Assembly: GCA_965197585.1 (NCBI GenBank)
Contig: OZ240215.1
Span: 2,016,001 to 2,080,000, forward strand
From: Dehalococcoidia bacterium
GTDB lineage: Bacteria; Chloroflexota; Dehalococcoidia; Plut-88900
DNA length: 64,000 nt
Direction: 5' to 3'
Shown one piece after another: positions 39,986 to 47,095 of this stretch (position 1 is its first letter; each line of letters opens with the position of its first letter). The notes under the pieces were generated by a model. That model searched no databases and was not told the origin of the DNA. It saw only the letters and a list, made by a program, of their open reading frames with translations. A program made the position numbers and the translations under genes.

Positions 39986-40072
39986 GCCGAGGTGGTGGAA
40001 TCGGTAGACACGCTGTCTTGAGGGGGCAGTGAGCGAAAGCTCGTAGGAGTTCAAATCTCCTCCTCGGCACCA
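39986..40072 (+). tRNA. tRNA-Leu(GAG)
   Basis: GCCGAGG...CTGTC-TTGAGGG-GGCAG, long variable arm, CCTCGGCACCA. Confidence 0.97.
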
Positions 40073-40091
40073 TATTAAAGACATACGACAA

Positions 40092-40166
40092 GCGGAAGTG
40101 GCTCAGTGGTAGAGCATCACCTTGCCAAGGTGAGGGTCGCGGGTTCGAATCCCGTCTTCCGCTCCA
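40092..40166 (+). tRNA. tRNA-Gly(GCC)
   Basis: GCGGAAG...TCACC-TTGCCAA-GGTGA...CTTCCGCTCCA. Confidence 0.97.
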
Positions 40167-40167
40167 G

Positions 40168-40242
40168 GGCGACGTAGCCAAGTGGTCAAGGCGGGGGTCT
40201 GCAAAACCTCTATCGGCGGTTCGAATCCGCCCGTCGCCTCCA
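40168..40242 (+). tRNA. tRNA-Cys(GCA)
   Basis: GGCGACG...GGGGT-CTGCAAA-ACCTC...CGTCGCCTCCA. Confidence 0.96.
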
Positions 40243-40307
40243 AAATGACAAACATGCGCAGGCCCGGGACCCCCGGCCTGCGCCTCTTTTAATCAGACCG
40301 TTCTCGG

Positions 40308-40394
40308 GCCGAGGTGGCGGAATTGGCAGACGCGACGGACTTAAAATCCGTTGGGAGTACTCCCATAAGGGTTCGAGTCCCTTCCTCGGCACCA
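40308..40394 (+). tRNA. tRNA-Leu(TAA)
   Basis: GCCGAGG...ACGGA-CTTAAAA-TCCGT, variable arm, CCTCGGCACCA. Confidence 0.96.
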
Positions 40395-40416
40395 GGCTTG
40401 GTATACTGGGCACAAT

Positions 40417-40692
40417 GTGTATGAATCAAAGCTAGGATACGAATGGGACGAAACTAAACGGAGAACTAATCTGGCCAAGCATCAAATGAACTTTGAAATG
40501 ATGGCCGACTTTGAATGGGGAAATGCCCTGATAGAGCGGAGCGACCGGCATGGAGAGATCCGATGGTCGGCCATCGGATACATCGGAGTCCGCATTTGCC
40601 ATGTTGCTTTTACTATGCGAGACGAAAACATTCGTATCATTAGCCTGAGGGCCGCAAAATCCAGTGAGGTGAGAAGATATGCCAAAGCTTAA
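40417..40692 (+). CDS. brnT: BrnT-family toxin (DUF497)
   Basis: YEWDETKRRTNLAKH...E.RW.AIG...V.FT.R...IRIISLR.A...E..RY; TG-TATACT just upstream suggests a near-leaderless mRNA. Confidence 0.9.
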   Translation: MYESKLGYEWDETKRRTNLAKHQMNFEMMADFEWGNALIERSDRHGEIRWSAIGYIGVRICHVAFTMRDENIRIISLRAAKSSEVRRYAKA

Positions 40693-40957
40693 ACCCGAAA
40701 CCGTATGGCCGCAGCCTGCAAAGATGCACCTCACTGAGAAAGACCTTGAGGAGATAGCCACCGGCCCGATGACATATGGGCAGATCAAAGAAAAGTATGG
40801 TGAAGAGGTAGCTATCGATGTGGGGATAGCTAGGGACCCAGACACCCGTGAATGGACCGACGAGGACTTCTCACGAGCCCAACCCGCCGAAAAGGCCCTA
40901 CCCCACGTTGTTGAACATTGGCGCCGAGCCCAAGCCAAGAAAGAAGCTATGGCTTAG
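40679..40957 (+). CDS. BrnA-like antitoxin, apparently lacking the C-terminal RHH domain
   Basis: Overlaps brnT; has DPDTREWTDEDFSRA.P but ends before any RLD..V...GYQTR.N motif. Confidence 0.7.
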   Translation: MPKLKPETVWPQPAKMHLTEKDLEEIATGPMTYGQIKEKYGEEVAIDVGIARDPDTREWTDEDFSRAQPAEKALPHVVEHWRRAQAKKEAMA

Positions 40958-41027
40958 CCAGATCCTTAGGGATGATGATCGCTGCAGAGGTGATGTTGTG
41001 AGTGTAGCGCAGTGGCAGACGCTACAC

Positions 41028-41083
41028 ACTTAAAATCCGTTGGGAGTACTCCCGTAAGGGTTCGAGTCCCTTCCTCGGCACCA
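41028..41083 (+). repeat. Duplicated 3' part of tRNA-Leu(TAA) (attR-like)
   Basis: ACTTAAAATCCGTTGGGAGTACTCCCGTAAGGGTTCGAGTCCCTTCCTCGGCACCA. Confidence 0.95.
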
Positions 41084-41154
41084 AGGAATTTAAGGCTAAT
41101 GAAATCGCCAGATGGTATAACATAAGCCAATCTTTAGAGAAAGGAGGATACCTA

Positions 41155-41280
41155 ATGGCTGGCTCTAAAACGCTTGGGAAGAAGGGTGGAGGCGGAAGCA
41201 AGGGCGGTGGGAATCCAAACTACCCGAGTACAACGGGTAACCCGTCAGGTGGTGGCAGAGGCAACGAGCCCAAGGGATAA
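41155..41280 (+). CDS. 41-aa Gly-rich microprotein (absent from the ORF track)
   Basis: AAGGAGG SD 7 nt before ATG; MAGSKTLGKKGGGGSKGGGNPNYPSTTGNPSGGGRGNEPKG*; TG-TATAAC upstream and a hairpin downstream. Confidence 0.8.
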   Translation: MAGSKTLGKKGGGGSKGGGNPNYPSTTGNPSGGGRGNEPKG

Positions 41281-41301
41281 ATAGGGGGCTCGTTTTTGAC
41301 C

Positions 41302-41334
41302 GAGGCCGGTCCCGACTGTGTCGGGACCGGCCTC
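41302..41334 (+). terminator. Terminator-like hairpin after the microprotein gene
   Basis: GAGGCCGGTCCCGAC-TGT-GTCGGGACCGGCCTC followed by ATTT. Confidence 0.75.
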
Positions 41335-41568
41335 ATTTACTATCTCTGCTTGGGGGGCAGGCCAGGCTTGCGAGTTTGAGGTGAACCGTGCGAGCCCTTA
41401 ACCAATACCCTAGCCATTACAGTACTCCAGCCAAACTTCTACACGGATAGATTAGAACTTATATTGATTCGTGCGGAAATAAATGGCACTGAGGAACTGG
41501 GCCGAATGTTGAAGAGACAAAACGACAATGGGGCCAATGAGCAAAACATTTACCGTTCTAGACTCTCC

Positions 41569-42510
41569 CTAATCCGGCCTCAGCACATTTATCGGATTCC
41601 CGTTCAGATAAGCTCGAATCGTGTCGGCGGCAATGTTGGTCATGTTAATTATGGCGGCGGGTGTGTCGTAGGCAATGTGGGGCGTGATGACTACGTTGTC
41701 GAAGTGGCGGAGGGGTTCGTCGGTGGCGGGTTCTTCGGCGTAGACGTCGGTGGCGAATCCTGCCAGCCGCCCCGACTCCAATGCCTTTAAAACCGCGTCC
41801 TGCTGCACAACCTGGCCCCGAGACACGTTGACCAGGTAGGCCCCATCCTTCATCAACCCAAGTTCCCGATCGCCGATAATTCCCATTGTGCCGTCGTTGA
41901 GCACCGGCGCGAGTTGGATGTAATCTGACCGAGACATCAGCTCGTCCAGGCCGACGAACTCGACGTTGTGGGCCTTGGCCCGCTCTTCCGATGGGTTCCT
42001 GGTAGTGCAAATTACATTCATCCCCAACCCGTTCCCGATGGCCGCCAGCTCCGACCCCAGCCCCCCGAGCCCCAGGATGCCCATGGTTGCGCTGCGGATG
42101 GGGGTACCGCTGAACCGTTCCCACTTGTTCTCCCTCATCGATTTGTCGGCTTTGACCACCTGCCGTGCGAGGGCCAGCATCAGGGCAATCCCGTGCTCTG
42201 CGACCGCCTCATCACCATAGTGCGGTGTGTTACACAGGGTGATCCCCTTGCTCCAGGCGTACTTCATGTCGATCTGGGTCTGCGGCCCGATGCCAAGGTA
42301 GCAGATCATCTTCAAGTCGGGCATGGCATCAAGCATTTCGTGGGTAAGGTTAATCCAGCTCCAGCAGATGGCCTCGGCGCCGTGGCAGCGCTCGACGAAA
42401 ACCTCGGGGGAAGGGAGGTCGTAAAAGTAGCTGGCGTCGGCCTCTCCGGCGAAAGGGTCACTTTCGAAAGGGATCATCCCTCCCAAGTCTGCGAAAACCA
42501 CCTTTTTCAT
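41569..42510 (-). CDS. D-isomer-specific 2-hydroxyacid dehydrogenase
   Basis: AVAEH, GILGLGGLG, LVNVSRG, DVYAEEP, ITPHIA. Confidence 0.92.
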   Translation of the reverse strand: MKKVVFADLGGMIPFESDPFAGEADASYFYDLPSPEVFVERCHGAEAICWSWINLTHEMLDAMPDLKMICYLGIGPQTQIDMKYAWSKGITLCNTPHYGDEAVAEHGIALMLALARQVVKADKSMRENKWERFSGTPIRSATMGILGLGGLGSELAAIGNGLGMNVICTTRNPSEERAKAHNVEFVGLDELMSRSDYIQLAPVLNDGTMGIIGDRELGLMKDGAYLVNVSRGQVVQQDAVLKALESGRLAGFATDVYAEEPATDEPLRHFDNVVITPHIAYDTPAAIINMTNIAADTIRAYLNGNPINVLRPD

Positions 42511-42615
42511 AATGCAATCCTCCGGGTGAATGACTAGGCTGATGGGTACCTCGCCCCGCCATTGTAATACAGCGGAGACCGGCAACAAGGCCGTATTCGG
42601 GGGCTACCTGGTGAC

Positions 42616-43686
42616 CTAGACCGTGCGTCGGCGTAGGGAGTATCCGCTCCGGGCCAGAAGCAAAATGCTTCCCAGCGCTATGACGCTGAGGTAATTTATC
42701 GAGCGGTCGAGCAGGGTGACCGAGAGGGCCTCTTCGGCGGAGAGGACAATGGCGAGTACGCTGGTCATCCCGGCCTCGACCAGGCCCAGGCCCCCGGGTG
42801 TTATCGGGAAAGTGGTGATTATGGATGCGCCAAGGGCTACAAATACGACTATCGAAATGTCTACGTCCAAACCTAGCGAATATATTACCAAGAGCAGCCG
42901 AGCCGTTTCGAAACCCCAAACGGCGATGCTGAGGACTGTAAGTCGGGGCCAACGCCGGAAGCTCTTAATAGTGCCTTCCCGGAAGCTGTCATATCCACCT
43001 CTGAATTTGGCGGGTAGGAATCGGGTAAGGCTCCGGCCGCTCACGACCATGGCAATGGGCACGCCTGCGAGTGCGAGGGTCAAAACCACGCCACCCAGCA
43101 GGATATAGGTGAGCACGGGGTTCCAATAGGAGCTGAGAAGAAATAATGCGGCGATGCCGAGCAGCCCGAGAGTTACAACCGTGTCCAAAATCCGTTCGGC
43201 GAAGAGGCTGCCGGCCACCAGGGCCAACCCTGCCTTCAATCTGCTCGTCAGCTGGTAGCACCTGTAAATGAGGCCCATCCTGAACACCGAAATAGAGTTC
43301 AGGAACCAGCCCAGGAACCCGATCTCCGAAAGTGTCAGAATCGAAATCTTGTCCTGGGCATTGATGTCCTCACATCCCGAATCTTCCAGAAGCACCCGCC
43401 ATCTAATGGATCTAACGGGGAAGCTGAGGTAGTAAATGGCGAAAGCAGCCCCGTACAACACCGGGTCAGTCCGCTTTATCTCCAACCACGTGCTCTCGAG
43501 GTCCAGATCGAACTGGAGTATCAGGAAATAAAGGACAGAGCCTGCAATAGCAATGGCAACTACATTGCGCACGCTGAGAAAACGCCTGCGCAGAGAGGAG
43601 AAGGTGAGTGCGGTCCGGCCGCCATCCTCTCGGGAGGTCTCGTCATCCCGTTTGGGAGAGTCGTCTATGTGTTCCGGTTCGTTCAT
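42616..43686 (-). CDS. Lysylphosphatidylglycerol synthase TM-domain / UPF0104 flippase-like protein
   Basis: RSIRWRVLL, ERILD, PITPGGLGLVEA, LLDR. Confidence 0.88.
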   Translation of the reverse strand: MNEPEHIDDSPKRDDETSREDGGRTALTFSSLRRRFLSVRNVVAIAIAGSVLYFLILQFDLDLESTWLEIKRTDPVLYGAAFAIYYLSFPVRSIRWRVLLEDSGCEDINAQDKISILTLSEIGFLGWFLNSISVFRMGLIYRCYQLTSRLKAGLALVAGSLFAERILDTVVTLGLLGIAALFLLSSYWNPVLTYILLGGVVLTLALAGVPIAMVVSGRSLTRFLPAKFRGGYDSFREGTIKSFRRWPRLTVLSIAVWGFETARLLLVIYSLGLDVDISIVVFVALGASIITTFPITPGGLGLVEAGMTSVLAIVLSAEEALSVTLLDRSINYLSVIALGSILLLARSGYSLRRRTV

Positions 43687-43687
43687 G

Positions 43688-44395
43688 TCACAGCGGACGC
43701 TTCGCGGGGATACCCGGCCTTCTGGGGTACCTGTCGGGGGTGGGGGCGGTCTTTTGGAACAAAAGGAGGCGGCGACCCTCGTCCAGGCCCTCCACACTCA
43801 CCGGGACCTCTTGTTGAAAGCTGCCACCCAGCTCTGAGAGGGCATGCCGGAAATCGCCGGGCTCATTCACGTAGGAAGCGATCTTCTGAGCCACGACTTT
43901 ACCGCCGACCCGACAGAAGGGCAGTGTAAACTCCAAAAGAGTAGGAAGCGGCGCGACGGCCCTGGAAACGACAAAATCAAAGGACTCTCTCAGGTCCTCG
44001 CGGCGGGCGAGTGTCTCGGCGCGGCCGGTGAGCACGGTTACGTCCTCCAAGCCCAGGTCCCGAGTCAGATGCTCCAGGAATCTTGTCTTCTTGCCGATCG
44101 AATCGAGGAGGAACAGAGAGAGCGAATCTCGGGCGAGTTTTAGAGGCATGCCCGGAAACCCGGCCCCGCTCCCCACATCCAGCAACCTCAATGGGCCCTC
44201 AGGCGGCAACATCCTGGCAACTGTGAGGGAGTCTACGAAATGCTTTAGCTGTATATCCTCTGCGCCGGTAATATTCGTCAGATTGGCCGTGAGGCTCCAG
44301 TCCCGGAGGCGCTCCAGATAAAGGCCGAATAGGTCGATCTGGGCTGTTGTCAGGTCGAGGCCCAAGGCACGGGCCCCTTGTATCAGTTTGTCCAT
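43688..44395 (-). CDS. rsmG: 16S rRNA (guanine(527)-N7)-methyltransferase
   Basis: NLT, KHFVDSL, DVGSGAGFPG, VSRAVA, YPRRPGIP. Confidence 0.96.
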   Translation of the reverse strand: MDKLIQGARALGLDLTTAQIDLFGLYLERLRDWSLTANLTNITGAEDIQLKHFVDSLTVARMLPPEGPLRLLDVGSGAGFPGMPLKLARDSLSLFLLDSIGKKTRFLEHLTRDLGLEDVTVLTGRAETLARREDLRESFDFVVSRAVAPLPTLLEFTLPFCRVGGKVVAQKIASYVNEPGDFRHALSELGGSFQQEVPVSVEGLDEGRRLLLFQKTAPTPDRYPRRPGIPAKRPL

Positions 44396-44615
44396 TTAGC
44401 CCCGAACCCGCAGTTTAGGAGCGCCGGTGCGGCCGGGATGTCCAGACCGATTATAGCACTGCGTACCTATGCATTGCCCGCCCTATTACTTAGATGCACC
44501 GGATTTGCGGAAGAACAGGAAAGTCTGTGGTAATTTGCATGATCGCAAGGCAGTATGCAGACCAGCGTGAGTATTGGTGCACTATGTACTACCATTGTGG
44601 AGGGAGATGAAAAGC

Positions 44616-45263
44616 ATGGCCACAAGGCGGGACCAACCTTATATCTGGGTGACATGGCTCACCAAGCTCTTGGTCGGGGAGAATTCCTGCGAGTGGGCTG
44701 CCTGGTTCAGGGCCCACTATACAAACTTCCGCCGCGCGCCCGACGACTTCGATAGTGCCGGTTGGCAGATGAACCACACCGCTCTCCTGAACGAGGTCCG
44801 CGACAGGCTCCAGACCGAGGGGCGCAATGTCTTCATTGAGAAGCAAAACCGTTTCGTTCTCAGGGGTACCAGTGCGACGCTCGGGGGAAAGCCGGATTTG
44901 ATTGCCCTCTCCGGGGACAAGGGCGTGATATACGACGTAAAGACCGGACAGCCTTCAGCCTCCGACCACGTGCAGGTGATGACCTACATGTACGCCGTGC
45001 CTCGGGCCCTGGGCCAGTACAGGAACATGGCTTTCGACGGCGTGGTGGCGTACCGTGACTACGAGGTGACCATTCCCGCTTCGGCTGTCAATGAGCAGTT
45101 TATCGATAGGCTGGCTACGCTAATACGAAGGATCAGCCGGGCCCAGCCCCTGGAAAAAACGCCCAGCGCCATGGAGTGCGGCTTCTGCCAGATATCAAAA
45201 GAGGAATGCCCGGAGCGGGTGGATAGTGAGCCGGACGAGGGGTTAGTCACGACTGACTTTTGA
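44616..45263 (+). CDS. PD-(D/E)XK nuclease, Cas4/AddB-like with putative Fe-S cluster
   Basis: E...GKPDL...DVKTG...QVMTY; Cys pattern C(N-term)...CGFC-X6-CP; SD GGAGGGAG. Confidence 0.8.
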   Translation: MATRRDQPYIWVTWLTKLLVGENSCEWAAWFRAHYTNFRRAPDDFDSAGWQMNHTALLNEVRDRLQTEGRNVFIEKQNRFVLRGTSATLGGKPDLIALSGDKGVIYDVKTGQPSASDHVQVMTYMYAVPRALGQYRNMAFDGVVAYRDYEVTIPASAVNEQFIDRLATLIRRISRAQPLEKTPSAMECGFCQISKEECPERVDSEPDEGLVTTDF

Positions 45264-45275
45264 GATGGGTGGGAG

Positions 45276-45773
45276 CTACCCGCTGAGTTGCATCGCCGCC
45301 CACACCAGTCCCAGTATCACTTCGATTCCGAAGACTCCCGCCATCCAGTCCGCCCCATTCGACCGCTTGTTGGTCAGTGCCCTATTCTCGCCGATAGCCT
45401 TGCCGGCTTCCTCCAGGACTTCCCTTCTGAATTCCTCCGCCGGTGCAGAGAGCGATTCCTCGTCATAAAGCACACTGGGAAGGGTGTATTGAACAAACCC
45501 CATCCGACGGGTGTATATCAAGAACGCAACCGCGAATATGGCTACGGCCAGGGCGCATGACGCTAGGGTTAGGGACAGGGCCGAGGTTAATAGCGGTTCA
45601 TCTTGACTCAGAGCCATCACCGCAATGGGAAATGCCACAGTCACGATAACAATAAGGGCGATCAGCCTGTCTATCCTCTTCTCGACAGAGGAAAGTCTGC
45701 GCAAGGACCAGTCTAAGGCAGGCACAATCATCTCGTAGGCGAGTTCTAGAGTTTCCTTGTCGTTGTCCTTCAT
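45276..45773 (-). CDS. Hypothetical 3-TM membrane protein
   Basis: Helix, two TMs, soluble helix, C-terminal TM; probable ATG at 45773 after GGGGAAAGG. Confidence 0.7.
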   Translation of the reverse strand: MKDNDKETLELAYEMIVPALDWSLRRLSSVEKRIDRLIALIVIVTVAFPIAVMALSQDEPLLTSALSLTLASCALAVAIFAVAFLIYTRRMGFVQYTLPSVLYDEESLSAPAEEFRREVLEEAGKAIGENRALTNKRSNGADWMAGVFGIEVILGLVWAAMQLSG

Positions 45774-45894
45774 CGCCTTTCCCCAGATGATACACATAGG
45801 AATTTCCACCTGTAGAATACCATAGGCAGGAGTCGCAGGTATTCCGACTATCGCCACCCGGATATTCGCAGTTCCCTCGCGGCGGGGATTTCCC

Positions 45895-45923
45895 TTGACA
45901 GGTACGATGGGTGCTGGTAGACT
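45895..45923 (+). promoter_or_regulatory. Promoter of the str/S10 superoperon
   Basis: TTGACA-17nt-TAGACT with TG extension. Confidence 0.8.
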
Positions 45924-46021
45924 CGCCATTCGCGGCCACAGGACGTCGTTTGCCGTGTCAAAACAGCAAATTCATTACACGCGGGAACAGATACTTAAGC
46001 GTAGCCGTTGAGCAAACGAAC

Positions 46022-46435
46022 ATGCCGACAGTCAATCAATTAATAAGGAAGGGCAGGTCCAGGGTCACCAAGAAGACCAAGGCCCCGGCCCTCCGTGTTT
46101 CCTACAACACACTGAAGAATAAGCAGGTCCGAAACTCCAGCTCCCCGCAAAAGAGGGGAGTCTGTGTCCGGGTAAGGACCGTGACTCCCAAGAAGCCAAA
46201 CTCGGCGCTGCGAAAAGTGGCGAGGGTCAGGCTGACGAACGGAATGGAAGTCACGGCCTATATCCCCGGCGAAGGACACAACCTCCAGGAGCACTCGGTT
46301 GTGCTCATAGAGGGTGGGAGAGTAAAAGACCTGCCAGGCGTAAGATATCACGTGATAAGGGGGTCGCTGGACGCTTCCGGAGTAGCAAATCGGCAACAGG
46401 GCCGGAGCAAATACGGGACTAAAAGAAGCCGTTAA
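46022..46435 (+). CDS. rpsL: 30S ribosomal protein S12
   Basis: [26 protein letters not shown]. Confidence 0.98.
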   Translation: MPTVNQLIRKGRSRVTKKTKAPALRVSYNTLKNKQVRNSSSPQKRGVCVRVRTVTPKKPNSALRKVARVRLTNGMEVTAYIPGEGHNLQEHSVVLIEGGRVKDLPGVRYHVIRGSLDASGVANRQQGRSKYGTKRSR

Positions 46436-46607
46436 CCGGGCGACTAGCAGTCGGGGCCCCACCCAGTGTTGTGTCGCCGAGGCGCACAGCCTCGGTTGAC
46501 CCTCTTCGACCGGATAGACACCTGCTCAGTTAGAGACTGAGTTCCGAACAATATTCTTGACCGACGCTACACCTATGCCCTCAGAGACACAGAGATAGAG
46601 CGAGAAA

Positions 46608-47078
46608 ATGGCGAGACGGAGACGAGCCGAAAAAAGACGAGTGGATCCGGACCCCAAGTACCATAGCTTGATGCTGGCCCGGTTCATCAACAAGACCATG
46701 CATTCCGGCAAGAAGAGTACGGCGCAGCGCATCGTATACTCCGCGCTGGATATCATCGAAGACACCGAGAAAAAGAGCGGAATGGACGTGTTTGATCAGG
46801 CGATTCGAAACACTTCTCCCCTGCTGGAAGTGAAGCCCCGCCGGGTCGGTGGCGCCACCTACCAGGTGCCGCGAGAGGTCAGGTCCGACCGCAGCCTCAC
46901 CATGGCAATGCGCTGGCTTCTGACCGCCTCCCGGGCTAAGACGGGCCGGCCCATGGCCCGAAGACTGGCTGAGGAACTTATGGACGCCTCCAAGGGTCAA
47001 GGGGTGGCAGCCAAGCGGCGGGAAGACCTGCACCGCATGGCCGAGGCCAACCGGGCCTTCGTACATTACCGCTGGTAG
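46608..47078 (+). CDS. rpsG: 30S ribosomal protein S7
   Basis: [21 protein letters not shown]. Confidence 0.98.
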   Translation: MARRRRAEKRRVDPDPKYHSLMLARFINKTMHSGKKSTAQRIVYSALDIIEDTEKKSGMDVFDQAIRNTSPLLEVKPRRVGGATYQVPREVRSDRSLTMAMRWLLTASRAKTGRPMARRLAEELMDASKGQGVAAKRREDLHRMAEANRAFVHYRW

Positions 47079-47095
47079 AAATTAAAGATAAAGGC

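Larger units (their letters stand above)
40339..41083 (+). mobile_element. Miniature tRNA-Leu(TAA)-integrated islet (attL/attR-like direct repeats) carrying only a TA pair
   Basis: 56-bp direct repeat 40339-40394 / 41028-41083 with one mismatch; no integrase inside. Confidence 0.75.

Noticed and set aside
39637-40413. Short minus-strand ORFs over the tRNA cluster
   Set aside because: Translations of tRNA antisense sequence.
40997-41083. A second functional tRNA-Leu(TAA)
   Set aside because: The 5' strands of the acceptor and anticodon stems do not pair; reported as an att repeat or pseudo-tRNA instead.
45911-46021. N-terminal extension of S12 from the ORF track (similarly 32963-33262 and 21546-21641)
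   Set aside because: Upstream of the conserved starts and overlapping promoters or neighbouring genes; ORF-caller over-extension.
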